This document shows positions 1-8,214 of a stretch of 64,000 bases of DNA, piece by piece. Every line of letters starts with the position of its first letter. Positions within the stretch are counted from its first letter, which is position 1. The stretch is from an uncultured archaeon (GTDB taxonomy: Archaea > Hadarchaeota > Hadarchaeia > Hadarchaeales > WYZ-LMO6), in the NCBI GenBank assembly GCA_938074535.1, contig CALJER010000017.1:314-64313 (forward strand), in the 5' to 3' direction. A program made the position numbers and the translations under genes. The notes under the pieces are model-generated. The model worked only from the letters and a program-made list of their open reading frames with translations. It was not told the origin of the DNA and ran no database searches.

Positions 1-23
1 CGAACTACGGGGGAGGTAAAACG

Positions 24-1229
24 ATGCCAAGTGTGGAGAGGATAAGAGAGGACTTTCCCCTCCTCCGCTCGGGGATTATCTACCTAGATAATGCAGCAAG
101 TACTCTAACACCCGAACCGGTCTTGGACAAGATGCTAAAGTTCTACCGCGAATGCAGGGCGAATGTGGGGCGGGGAGTCCACAGGCTCTCCATAGAGGCA
201 GGTGAGAGACTCTCCTTAGCTAGGGAGAAGGTGCGAAGGTTCATCGGAGCAAAATCGGAGCGTGAGGTGATCTTCACCAAAAACACCACCGAAGGCATTA
301 ACTTGGTGGCGAAGGGGCTGAAGTGGAAGAGAGGGGATAGAGTGATCACCACCCTCTTAGAACACCACTCCAACCTCCTTCCCTGGCTCGCGCTGGGAAA
401 GCATGGTGTGGAAGTGAGGGTAGTGAGGCCCAGCAAGGAGGGTGTGTTGAGGCCGGAGGACTTCGAAAGGGAAATGGGGAAAAATGCCAAGCTGGTGGCC
501 CTGACCCACGTTTCGAATGTTCTCGGAAGCGTAAGCCCAGTAAGGGAGATTACAAAAGTGGCTCACGAGTACGGGGCCAAGGTACTGGTAGATGCCGCTC
601 AATCCGCCCCACACTTGGCGCTAGACGTGAAAGATCTTGGATGCGACTACCTTGCCTTTTCTGGACACAAGATGTTAGGGCCCACGGGCATTGGGGTGCT
701 CTACGTGAGGGAACAACATTTGGAAGAACTAGAGCCCCTCTGCTTGGGGGGAGGAGCCGTGGAAGAGGTCTCCTCGGAAGAGTACTCCCTTACGAGTTCC
801 CCGGAGCGATACGAGGCGGGCACGCTGCCCATCGCCGAGGCCATAGGACTGGGGGAGGCCGTAGAATACCTTCAGAAGGTGGGATTTGAGACCCTCGCTC
901 AGCACGAGAGGTCAGTGCTCAAACGTCTCCAGGAAGGGTTAGAGGGGATTCCGAAAGCGGAGGTCTATGGTCCCACCGATCCGGAACACAGAGTGAGCAT
1001 CGTTTCCTTCAACATAAAGGGGATGAACCCCCATGACGTGGCCGCCATTTTGGATCATTCCTCCAGCATCATGGTGAGATCAGGCCACCACTGCGCAATG
1101 CCCCTCCACAGGGAGTTGCTGGGTCTTCAAGAAGGTAGCGTCAGAGCCTCCGTATACCTCTACAACACGGCAGAGGAAGTGGAGAAGCTCGTGGAGGTTG
1201 TGGAGAAGATAGCCCGCGAACTCCTGTGA
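24..1229 (+). CDS. sufS: Cysteine desulfurase, SufS/CsdA (group II) type
   Basis: YLDNAAST, EHHSN, DAAQS, SGHK (PLP Lys) and RSGHHCA (catalytic Cys) motifs all intact; GGGGGAGGT SD upstream. Confidence 0.93.
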   Translation: MPSVERIREDFPLLRSGIIYLDNAASTLTPEPVLDKMLKFYRECRANVGRGVHRLSIEAGERLSLAREKVRRFIGAKSEREVIFTKNTTEGINLVAKGLKWKRGDRVITTLLEHHSNLLPWLALGKHGVEVRVVRPSKEGVLRPEDFEREMGKNAKLVALTHVSNVLGSVSPVREITKVAHEYGAKVLVDAAQSAPHLALDVKDLGCDYLAFSGHKMLGPTGIGVLYVREQHLEELEPLCLGGGAVEEVSSEEYSLTSSPERYEAGTLPIAEAIGLGEAVEYLQKVGFETLAQHERSVLKRLQEGLEGIPKAEVYGPTDPEHRVSIVSFNIKGMNPHDVAAILDHSSSIMVRSGHHCAMPLHRELLGLQEGSVRASVYLYNTAEEVEKLVEVVEKIARELL

Positions 1230-1264
1230 GGTTTCTAAAAACCCAGCGTACACAATGCTTATAT

Positions 1265-1277
1265 ATAACACCGTTTT
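1265..1277. promoter_or_regulatory. Candidate operator ATAAC-ACC-GTTTT (1 mismatch) next to TATA box of moeB-iscS-iscU operon
   Basis: Matches ATAAC-N3-GTTAT consensus; abuts TTATATA at 1259-1265, about 25 bp before ATG 1290. Confidence 0.6.
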
Positions 1278-1289
1278 AATTCTTAAGAG

Positions 1290-2339
1290 ATGGTGCTCCT
1301 CACCGAAAAAGAAAAGCAGAGATATTCAAGACAAATCGTCTTTCGAAAAATGGGGGAGAAAGGTCAAGAGATGCTGAAGCAAGCCAAAGTCGCCATATTA
1401 GGTCTAGGAGCGATCGGGAGTCCATTGGCAATTTACCTGGCTTCAGCTGGTGTCGGTTATATAAGGTTAATAGATAGGGATTTGGTAGAACTGAGCAATA
1501 TCCAAAGACAAATCTTGTATGAAGAAAAAGATACCGTGGAATGGAAACCCAAAGCAACCGCGGCCAAAGAAAAGCTGGAAAGGGTTAATTCAGATATAGT
1601 GCCGGAAGCCAGATTTGAGGACTTCAACCCAGCCACGGCCGAAGAACTCGTAGCCGATGTCGACCTCGTTCTGGATGGAACGGATAACCTCGAGGCCAGG
1701 TTCTTGCTCAACGAGGTGTGCGTCAAAAACAACATACCTTTTATCTACGGAGCTGCGATAGAAGACTACGGCGCGGTCAGCTTTATCGTTCCAGGAGAGA
1801 CCCCTTGTTTACGATGCATAATTCCAGAATTGCCTGAACCGGGGAGCTTACCCACGTGCGAAACAGCGGGGGTCCTAGGTCCCGCGCCCGGTGTAGTAGG
1901 TATGATTGAGGCGGCAGAAGCCATCAAATATTTTGTGGGCTTTGGGGAGCTTCTGCGCTCAAAGCTTCTGTACTTCGATCTTTCTTCTCTTTCCTTTGAG
2001 ATCATCGATGTTCATAGGAACCCTAACTGCCCCACGTGTGTTCGCGAGGAATTTCCTCTCCTCAACAGAGAAATAAAACAATCTACCATCAGCACTCTGT
2101 GTGGAAGGAATGCCGTCCAAATCTCCCCCAAAGCTGATTTGGGATTGAACCTGCAGGCCTTGGGGGAAAATCTAAGAAAAAATCCTGAATTCGAGGTTAA
2201 GAAGCTGACTGGGGATTTACTAGTCGTTGAGCACGGCGGACTTTCTATTGCCATAACCCCCTCTGGTAGAGCCATCGTGCGCAACACGAATTCTGAGAAA
2301 AGGGCAAAAAGCGTTTTAAGTAGGATCATAAGTTGCTAG
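1290..2339 (+). CDS. ThiF/MoeB/E1-like adenylyltransferase with C-terminal extension, no rhodanese domain
   Basis: RYSRQ, GLGAIG, DRDLVELSNIQRQ, DGTDN, PCLRC...TCETAGV...CPTC motifs. Confidence 0.9.
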   Translation: MVLLTEKEKQRYSRQIVFRKMGEKGQEMLKQAKVAILGLGAIGSPLAIYLASAGVGYIRLIDRDLVELSNIQRQILYEEKDTVEWKPKATAAKEKLERVNSDIVPEARFEDFNPATAEELVADVDLVLDGTDNLEARFLLNEVCVKNNIPFIYGAAIEDYGAVSFIVPGETPCLRCIIPELPEPGSLPTCETAGVLGPAPGVVGMIEAAEAIKYFVGFGELLRSKLLYFDLSSLSFEIIDVHRNPNCPTCVREEFPLLNREIKQSTISTLCGRNAVQISPKADLGLNLQALGENLRKNPEFEVKKLTGDLLVVEHGGLSIAITPSGRAIVRNTNSEKRAKSVLSRIISC

Positions 2340-2350
2340 AGCCGAGAAAC

Positions 2351-3523
2351 ATGAGAGTTTATCTCGATAATGGAACCACGACACAAGTCGCCAAGGAAGT
2401 TCTGGAGGAGATGCTTCCCTACTTCAGGGAGAAATTCGGTCACCCAACTTTCGTTTATTCGCTTGGACAAGAAGCGGCTGACGCTGTTGAGAGAGCTCAA
2501 GAAATAATCGCAGAATCTATCAACGCGAAACGCGAGGAGATAATATTTACCTCTGGAGCCACGGAAGCCAACGATCTCGCCATCCGGGGTATGGCCTACG
2601 CCAATAAGAAAAGGGGAAACCACATCATCACAACTAAGGTCGAAAATCCTTCCGTTTTACGGGTGTGTGAGAGGTTGGAAAGCGAGGGGTTTAAAGTCGA
2701 CTACCTAGATGTTGACCCGCAGGGGTTCCTAGACCTAAATCAGCTAGAGGACCTCATAAACGATAAAACCATCTTGATCAGCATAATGCACGTCAATGAC
2801 GAAATAGGCACGATCGAACCCATCGAGGAAGTGGGGAAAATACTCCAGGAACTTAGGCAAAGAGTTTATTTTCATGTAAATGCTGCCGCTTCTTATGGTA
2901 GGGTTCCTATCGATGTAGAGAGAATGAACATCGATGCTCTAAGCATAACTGCGCACAAGATCCATGGGCCCAAGGGCGCCGGAGCGCTTTATTTGAGAAC
3001 GAATACGCCCGTAGAGCCGGTGACATGCGGCTATGTCTCCCTCTTTCCCCTTAGGCCAGGCACCGAGAATGTCCCGGCAATCGTGGGATTTGGCAAGGCA
3101 GCTGAGCTGGCCTTCGATGGTTTTGAAAAACACGTGGAACATATGAAAAGACTGAGAGATAAGCTGATGAATGGCATTGAGGAGAAAATTCAACATGTAG
3201 TGCTGCATGGACCAAGAGGTGAGAGGAGAAGTCCTGCGAATGTGAACTATTCCTTCAAGTACGTCGAGGGAGAATCAGTGCTGCTGCACCTGGACTTAAA
3301 CGGCATCTCAGTGGCAACGGGCTCGGCGTGCTCGACGCGGAAGCTGGAACCAAGTCACGTCCTCACCGCCATAGGTGTGAAACCGGAGATCGCGCACGGG
3401 GCCATAAGATTCACGCTGAGCAGATACAACACCAGCGAAGAGATAGACTACGTGCTGGAGGTGCTTCCGAAAGTAATCGAAAATTTGAGGAGGATAAGTC
3501 CGATAAAAGCAGGCCAGTTCTAG
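2351..3523 (+). CDS. iscS: IscS/NifS-like protein with degenerate PLP-contact residues
   Basis: IIFTSGATEAND, AHKIHGPKG, RPGTENV, GSACS (catalytic Cys), IRFTL; but ENPSV instead of EHxAV and HVNAAA instead of HxDAxQ. Start ATG 2351 or TTG 2333. Confidence 0.85.
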   Translation: MRVYLDNGTTTQVAKEVLEEMLPYFREKFGHPTFVYSLGQEAADAVERAQEIIAESINAKREEIIFTSGATEANDLAIRGMAYANKKRGNHIITTKVENPSVLRVCERLESEGFKVDYLDVDPQGFLDLNQLEDLINDKTILISIMHVNDEIGTIEPIEEVGKILQELRQRVYFHVNAAASYGRVPIDVERMNIDALSITAHKIHGPKGAGALYLRTNTPVEPVTCGYVSLFPLRPGTENVPAIVGFGKAAELAFDGFEKHVEHMKRLRDKLMNGIEEKIQHVVLHGPRGERRSPANVNYSFKYVEGESVLLHLDLNGISVATGSACSTRKLEPSHVLTAIGVKPEIAHGAIRFTLSRYNTSEEIDYVLEVLPKVIENLRRISPIKAGQF

Positions 3524-3532
3524 GTGAGGGAA

Positions 3533-3946
3533 ATGCCCGTAGAATATACTGAAAAAAGCCTTCTGAAATACTCGCAGCGTATAATCGAGCTATTCAAAAA
3601 TCCGAAAAATGTGGGAGAAATGGAAAATCCAACGGTAACGGTCAGTGAGGGGGACCCCCAGTGTGGCGACATGATGCAGATGTCACTAAAAATTGAGGGA
3701 AACAAAATCCTTGATGCAAAATTTCTCTCCTTCGGCTGTGCTGCCAACATCGCCACTGGCTCAGCTGTGACCGAAATGATTAAGGGAAAAACCTTGGACG
3801 AGGCAGAGAAGCTTTCTATAAAAGAGGTTTCGGACTCATTAGGGGGCCTTCCCGCTCTTAAAATGCACTGTGCGGTCCTCGCTCACAAAACGCTCCGGAA
3901 GGCGATAAGGGAGTACAGACAAAAAATAGAGGAACTTAAAACCTGA
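3533..3946 (+). CDS. iscU: IscU/NifU-like Fe-S scaffold
   Basis: NPKNVG, PQCGD, FGCAANIA, KMHCAVLA; GGTGA SD before ATG 3533. Confidence 0.92.
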   Translation: MPVEYTEKSLLKYSQRIIELFKNPKNVGEMENPTVTVSEGDPQCGDMMQMSLKIEGNKILDAKFLSFGCAANIATGSAVTEMIKGKTLDEAEKLSIKEVSDSLGGLPALKMHCAVLAHKTLRKAIREYRQKIEELKT

Positions 3947-3954
3947 GAAAGAAT

Positions 3955-4695
3955 ATGGACACGGCCGAGAAGTCCGCTCAATTGATCCTGCCTGGCTTCA
4001 AGGAGAATTGTTCCGTAAGTAGAGGGGTGGAGATTGGAGAACTCTTAAAAATTAGAAAGAATGCCGTGCTTTACATCCAACCGTGCGTCTCTGAAAGAGG
4101 GAAGTTGATAGCCGATGTGGAGCTTAAAAGGGAGGAAGACAAGCCACGGTCCATAGACCCTCCCACACTCTGCTCGATATTAGAAATTCACAAAAGGCGG
4201 TTTGGGGAGTTCAAGTGCAGTAGGAGTCTGGGAGTGGCAAAGCTCAGGTTTAAGGGAAAAGAAATAAGCATATTCAAGAGCGGGAAGCTGAAAATACAGC
4301 GGGTCCTAGATAAGGAAGAGATACTGAAAACAGCGACTTCCATCACCCGCCTCATTTGGGGGGCAGTGGTATGTGACATTTGCGGATATCCTACCATTGC
4401 CTGCGCCTCTGGCAAGTGCGGGAAGTGCATCTCGGAAAGAACTCAACAGGTTACCTTAGAGGAAATTCCCAACGCTGCACCGTTAGTGGAGGGCTATTCA
4501 GCGCTAAAAAAAGCTGAAGAGTTAGGAGGGAAACATCCGGAAGCATTTCAGAAGGCCGTAAACACCGCAGAATATCTAGCGCTCTTTTTCATCGAAGAGG
4601 CTGCGGATAAGGAAACTGCAAGATTGGGATTAATTTTGCTGGGCAAGGCTGAGCAGCTCAAAGAACTCGCATTCAAAAACGTTTTATCTCTATGA
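3955..4695 (+). CDS. Cys-rich hypothetical protein, possibly Fe-S binding (COG4871-like N-terminus)
   Basis: 246-aa ORF in operon; IQPCxSExGK segment and CDICGYPTIACASGKCGKC cluster. Confidence 0.6.
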   Translation: MDTAEKSAQLILPGFKENCSVSRGVEIGELLKIRKNAVLYIQPCVSERGKLIADVELKREEDKPRSIDPPTLCSILEIHKRRFGEFKCSRSLGVAKLRFKGKEISIFKSGKLKIQRVLDKEEILKTATSITRLIWGAVVCDICGYPTIACASGKCGKCISERTQQVTLEEIPNAAPLVEGYSALKKAEELGGKHPEAFQKAVNTAEYLALFFIEEAADKETARLGLILLGKAEQLKELAFKNVLSL

Positions 4696-4707
4696 TAACA
4701 ATGTAAT
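4695..4707. promoter_or_regulatory. Candidate operator ATAAC-AAT-GTAAT upstream of HTH regulator (possible autoregulation)
   Basis: 1 mismatch to consensus; ends 8 bp before ATG 4716. Confidence 0.55.
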
Positions 4708-4715
4708 TCAGTAAA

Positions 4716-5027
4716 ATGAAGCCCCCTTGCGAAAAGGTGTTTAAAAATGCTCTCCCTGCACTAAGAGCTCTTCTAGTGAAGGATCTCATTGAAAGACATA
4801 ACCTAAGCCAACTCGAGATTGCGCGGAGGTTGGGCATAACCCAGCCGGCGGTCAGTCAGTACCTGAGATCCCTCAGAGGAGTCAGCCACAGTAAGATGCT
4901 CCTCAGGAAGAAAGATTTGATGAAGTCCTTGAGAAAGTTCTCCGACCTTATCGCAAAGGAGGAAATAAGCGAAGACGAGAAACTCAAGATGTACTGTAAA
5001 CTCTGTGAAATTTTGAGAAAGAAATAA
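4716..5027 (+). CDS. Stand-alone HTH transcriptional regulator (COG2522 / ThiR N-terminal-like) with PCE and CxxC cysteines
   Basis: MKPPCE...LPALRALL...LSQLEIARRLGITQPAVSQYL...RG...YCKLC. Confidence 0.85.
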   Translation: MKPPCEKVFKNALPALRALLVKDLIERHNLSQLEIARRLGITQPAVSQYLRSLRGVSHSKMLLRKKDLMKSLRKFSDLIAKEEISEDEKLKMYCKLCEILRKK

Positions 5028-5140
5028 CCCTCTTTCCCGCTTCTTATCCCCACCTCCTCTTGAGTGTGTGGTTGTCCCTATATCCCCAAAGCCTCCCTTC
5101 TCACGAACTCATACCAGAGATAACCAGCATATCCCATATT

Positions 5141-5214
5141 TGGAGCCGGGAGCCGGATTTGCACCGGCGTGGGCGGGTCTGCAGCCCGCCGCCTAACTTC
5201 TCGGCCATCCCGGC
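5141..5214 (-). tRNA. tRNA-Cys(GCA), CCA encoded
   Basis: Reverse complement folds: acceptor GCCGGGA/TCCCGGC, U73, anticodon arm GCGGG-CTGCAGA-CCCGC, T arm GCCGG-TGCAAAT-CCGGC. Confidence 0.95.
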
Positions 5215-5222
5215 TCTTATTT

Positions 5223-5237
5223 TATAACGTCGTTATA
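5223..5237. promoter_or_regulatory. Perfect palindromic operator TATAAC-GTC-GTTATA between tRNA-Cys and its TATA-like element
   Basis: Starts 9 bp upstream of tRNA 5' end; TTTTTAAG on minus strand at 5239-5246. Confidence 0.75.
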
Positions 5238-5259
5238 CCTTAAAAAGCTTTCGGAAAGC

Positions 5260-5272
5260 ATAACATAGTTAT
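5260..5272. promoter_or_regulatory. Operator ATAAC-ATA-GTTAT upstream of thiI-like gene
   Basis: Exact consensus, ends about 22 bp before ATG 5295, overlapping a TTATAT element. Confidence 0.7.
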
Positions 5273-5294
5273 ATTTCGAGAATAAATCAAAATA

Positions 5295-5981
5295 ATGCAG
5301 AAGCTCATCTGTTTAGTTTCGGGGGGGATAGATTCACCAGTAGCCTGCGCGCTGATGGCAAAAAGGTTCGAGGTTCTGCCTATGCACTTCTGTCTCTATC
5401 CTTATACGTGCGAAAATGCCTTCTTTGAAGTAGTGAAGGTGCTAAAGCATCTCAGGAGCAAGATAGGCTTCGAAAAAGCCATCGTCTTTCCTTGGGCTTG
5501 GGCTTTGCACACTTTTCTCAAAAATCGGAGAAAAAGCTACGCCTGCCTCGCTTGCAGGGAGGGCATGTTTAGGGTGGCAGAAATTTTCTGCGAGCTGGAA
5601 GGGGCGATAGGCATAGTCACCGGAGAGTCGTTAGGGCAAAAAGCGACCCAGACGTTGGCAAACCTCGTAGCAACTTCCTTTGGAAGAAAGTTCCCGGTTC
5701 TAAGACCACTTTTAGGGCTAGACAAGCAGGAAATAATTGAACTCTCGAGAAAGCTCGGCCTTTGGCACGATACGCATGCGGGTTGCTGTTTTGCCACACC
5801 TAGACACCCATGCACAAAAGCGAGGCTCGGGATGCTCGAAGAGTTCTCAGCTGATGCTGAAGTCAGAAAAGCTATTCGAAAGGGCTTCAAACACTTTCTA
5901 GAGATACGGAGATTCGAGGAGGACTTCGAAAACTATCTAACCTTGCTGGTACAACCGGCAGACGACGATGAAACATTGTGA
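5295..5981 (+). CDS. ThiI-like PP-loop sulfurtransferase, catalytic domain only (no NFLD/THUMP)
   Basis: SGGIDSPVA at residue 9, CLAC, TGESLGQKATQTLANL, RPLLGLDKQEII, GCC. Confidence 0.82.
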   Translation: MQKLICLVSGGIDSPVACALMAKRFEVLPMHFCLYPYTCENAFFEVVKVLKHLRSKIGFEKAIVFPWAWALHTFLKNRRKSYACLACREGMFRVAEIFCELEGAIGIVTGESLGQKATQTLANLVATSFGRKFPVLRPLLGLDKQEIIELSRKLGLWHDTHAGCCFATPRHPCTKARLGMLEEFSADAEVRKAIRKGFKHFLEIRRFEEDFENYLTLLVQPADDDETL

Positions 5982-6796
5982 ATAGCTTGCCTAAGCCTGC
6001 TAAGCATCTCGCTGTGCCTGCGGCAGAATTCCTCCTTCGGCTCCAGTTGGGACTTAATGACCTCCTCTTGCCAGTGGCTGTTGAAGAGTCTGCAAGTCAA
6101 CTTATCGCAAAAAGGATTGCCGAAGACCTGGTAGAAGATTGCCTGCATCGCGTATCCCTTCATTACCTCCGTCAACCTTTCATCCTCATAGTCGATGAAT
6201 CTTCCCCTAAATTTTTCTCTAAGGATCTCAACCGGCAACCCGAGCATCGCATACTGTCTCCTGAGGAAATAGAACTCTCTGGGCATGGCTGGAGCCTCCA
6301 CGACGCCAGTCGTCGAGATGATGGATGGAAAGCCATAAACACTCACTCGCATGTGGTATCTCCGATCACCCTCGTCAAAAGTGGCGAAAAGGCGACCAGT
6401 GAAAATGATATGGATATGCTCGAAACTCAGTTCTCCAGCCGGCAAAAGTTTCCGAAACAACACCTGAAGCTTGAACCCGTCATACAACACCCCAACTCTC
6501 CCAATGCTGGGATTTCGCAAAAGCCTCTTCTCGAATTCCATCTCTGCGGGGAGTGGGTGAAAAAAGGTTTTAGGATTTGTTAAGTCCCTTACCCTTGTCT
6601 CTGCAACTTTGCGAGCGAGGATTTCCTCCAATTCTGGTGGGCTCGACAGGAGGGGGGAAGCTCTAATATCAACGATAGGCTCGCCTAACTTCTCCCTCAG
6701 ATAGGACGCTATCTCCCGGAGCCTGAACGATCGGGAAGGAAAATCCTCGTAAAGGTGGATTTTCGAAGGAACCAACGGCACTACTGACTCCCCCAT
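5933..6796 (-). CDS. Conserved archaeal hypothetical protein (DUF6775-like putative metallopeptidase)
   Basis: HIIFTGRLFATFDEGDRRYH, ISTTGVVEAPA, FCDKLTCRLFNSHWQEE, FCRRH; family recalled from memory. Confidence 0.6.
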   Translation of the reverse strand: MGESVVPLVPSKIHLYEDFPSRSFRLREIASYLREKLGEPIVDIRASPLLSSPPELEEILARKVAETRVRDLTNPKTFFHPLPAEMEFEKRLLRNPSIGRVGVLYDGFKLQVLFRKLLPAGELSFEHIHIIFTGRLFATFDEGDRRYHMRVSVYGFPSIISTTGVVEAPAMPREFYFLRRQYAMLGLPVEILREKFRGRFIDYEDERLTEVMKGYAMQAIFYQVFGNPFCDKLTCRLFNSHWQEEVIKSQLEPKEEFCRRHSEMLSRLRQAIHNVSSSSAGCTSKVR

Positions 6797-6819
6797 TTAG
6801 ACTACCCCCTCACCTTGCT

Positions 6820-7596
6820 TCAGAATCCTTTCAATTTTTGCATGGCGATCTCAGCAGCCTTCCTTCCGCTTAAAATCATGGCACCAAAAGTGGGCCCCAT
6901 CCTCGGTAAGCCATAAGCCGTGGTCACGGCCATCCCAGCCACTATGAGGCCTGGATAGAGTTCACCCGTGTGCTCGACCACAAGATCTTCAGAGCGCTCC
7001 ACCCACATCGCCCCATACCCCGGCACCTTGAGGAGGCCTCGCTTTTCGAGCAACCTCACTACCGCTGCCTCGTGTCCGGTGGCGTCAATCACGAGCTTGC
7101 TTTCTAGGCCAATAGGATCCACACATGTAAGCTCTCTAGGCAACGTGGTCACAGGGGTCCAGTTCACCACCACGCCCGCAACCCGTCCTTCACGTAGCAC
7201 TACATCCTCAATGAAAGTCATGTTGAGAAATTTTGCTCCAGCATCGCACGCAGCAGCTATCAGTTTCGAACATGCATGAGGACCATCTGTTACATAAAGT
7301 CCTCTGACGCTTTCTTTAAAAGGCACGCCAAGCTCACGGAGGACCTCATGCGCTGGAGCTCTTATGGTAACGGGATTGAATAGAAAACCGCCTATCCAAA
7401 AACCTCCACCCAGATAGTTGTTCCTTTCTATCACAAGCACTCTGGCTTTTTTTGCTGCGAGTTCTCTAGCCGCCATCACTCCTGCCGGTCCTGCACCCAC
7501 CACTACAACGTCACTCTCCGCGAAGCTATTGAGAGTGGCCAAAAACTCGGAAGCTATAGCTCTCGTTATTTCCTTTTCCCCAACTGGCTGGAACAT
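6820..7596 (-). CDS. thi4: Thiazole synthase Thi4 (Cys-type)
   Basis: [41 protein letters not shown]. Confidence 0.93.
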   Translation of the reverse strand: MFQPVGEKEITRAIASEFLATLNSFAESDVVVVGAGPAGVMAARELAAKKARVLVIERNNYLGGGFWIGGFLFNPVTIRAPAHEVLRELGVPFKESVRGLYVTDGPHACSKLIAAACDAGAKFLNMTFIEDVVLREGRVAGVVVNWTPVTTLPRELTCVDPIGLESKLVIDATGHEAAVVRLLEKRGLLKVPGYGAMWVERSEDLVVEHTGELYPGLIVAGMAVTTAYGLPRMGPTFGAMILSGRKAAEIAMQKLKGF

Positions 7597-7626
7597 CGTT
7601 TTATTTTTACTTCTCGCTATATAAAT

Positions 7627-7639
7627 ATAACGTCGTTAT
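7627..7639. promoter_or_regulatory. Operator ATAAC-GTC-GTTAT over BRE region of thi4 promoter
   Basis: Exact consensus next to minus-strand TTTATATA (7618-7625). Confidence 0.75.
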
Positions 7640-7755
7640 TTCTCAGAGAACCCGCAGGAGCCAACAGGTTTACAAGGGAGACACGAGCTGCGCCGCCTTT
7701 GTAGGAGTTTAGGATAAGCTCTTCGAAGTTGGGAGCTCCCAACAGCGAAAGAGGT

Positions 7756-8178
7756 TCATAATCGCACCGTTTTCAAGGAGACCGCCAGTGGGTGACCTTT
7801 GGAAGTCATGGAAAAAATTTTTTCCCATCCAAAGGGGGCTTTGCTCACGGAGTAGTTTAAAGATTTGAGTCCTTCGTAGAGTCCTTCTATTATTCTAGCT
7901 GCTACCTCTGGCGTACTTATTTCATTAGAAAGGTGAACAAAGGGGAATACAACCAAGTTTCTCACACCCAAACGCCTAGCGTAGGAGACAATCTCCTCAA
8001 CACCTTTATTGATTACCCTATTGGGGTCACCACCATCACCTTTTTCGACGGTTACAAAAATAACCAAGACATCTTTGATAGCACAACTCTTACATCCATC
8101 CTGTATCTCCTCAGCCGCTTTAGTTGGCTCGGTGACGAGGAAAGAGAAGTAATCGCAATGCAGGAGCAGGAGCTTCAT
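7756..8178 (-). CDS. Free-standing archaeal ThrRS editing-domain-like protein (DTD-like fold)
   Basis: MKLLLLHCDYF, VTVEKGD, FPFVHLS, KAPFGWEK, KGHPLA; only 140 aa. Confidence 0.85.
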   Translation of the reverse strand: MKLLLLHCDYFSFLVTEPTKAAEEIQDGCKSCAIKDVLVIFVTVEKGDGGDPNRVINKGVEEIVSYARRLGVRNLVVFPFVHLSNEISTPEVAARIIEGLYEGLKSLNYSVSKAPFGWEKIFSMTSKGHPLAVSLKTVRL

Positions 8179-8214
8179 ATGTACCTAATAATGTAGTACC
8201 ACAAGCTTTATAAA

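Noticed and set aside
5141-5214. tRNA-Cys as integration site of the low-GC block
   Set aside because: It lies inside the block, and I saw no duplicated tRNA 3' end or integrase at the 9640 boundary
7640-7755. TPP riboswitch or SECIS upstream of thi4
   Set aside because: The thi4 TATA box is only about 25 bp from the start, leaving no leader; no TPP consensus and no in-frame UGA gene nearby
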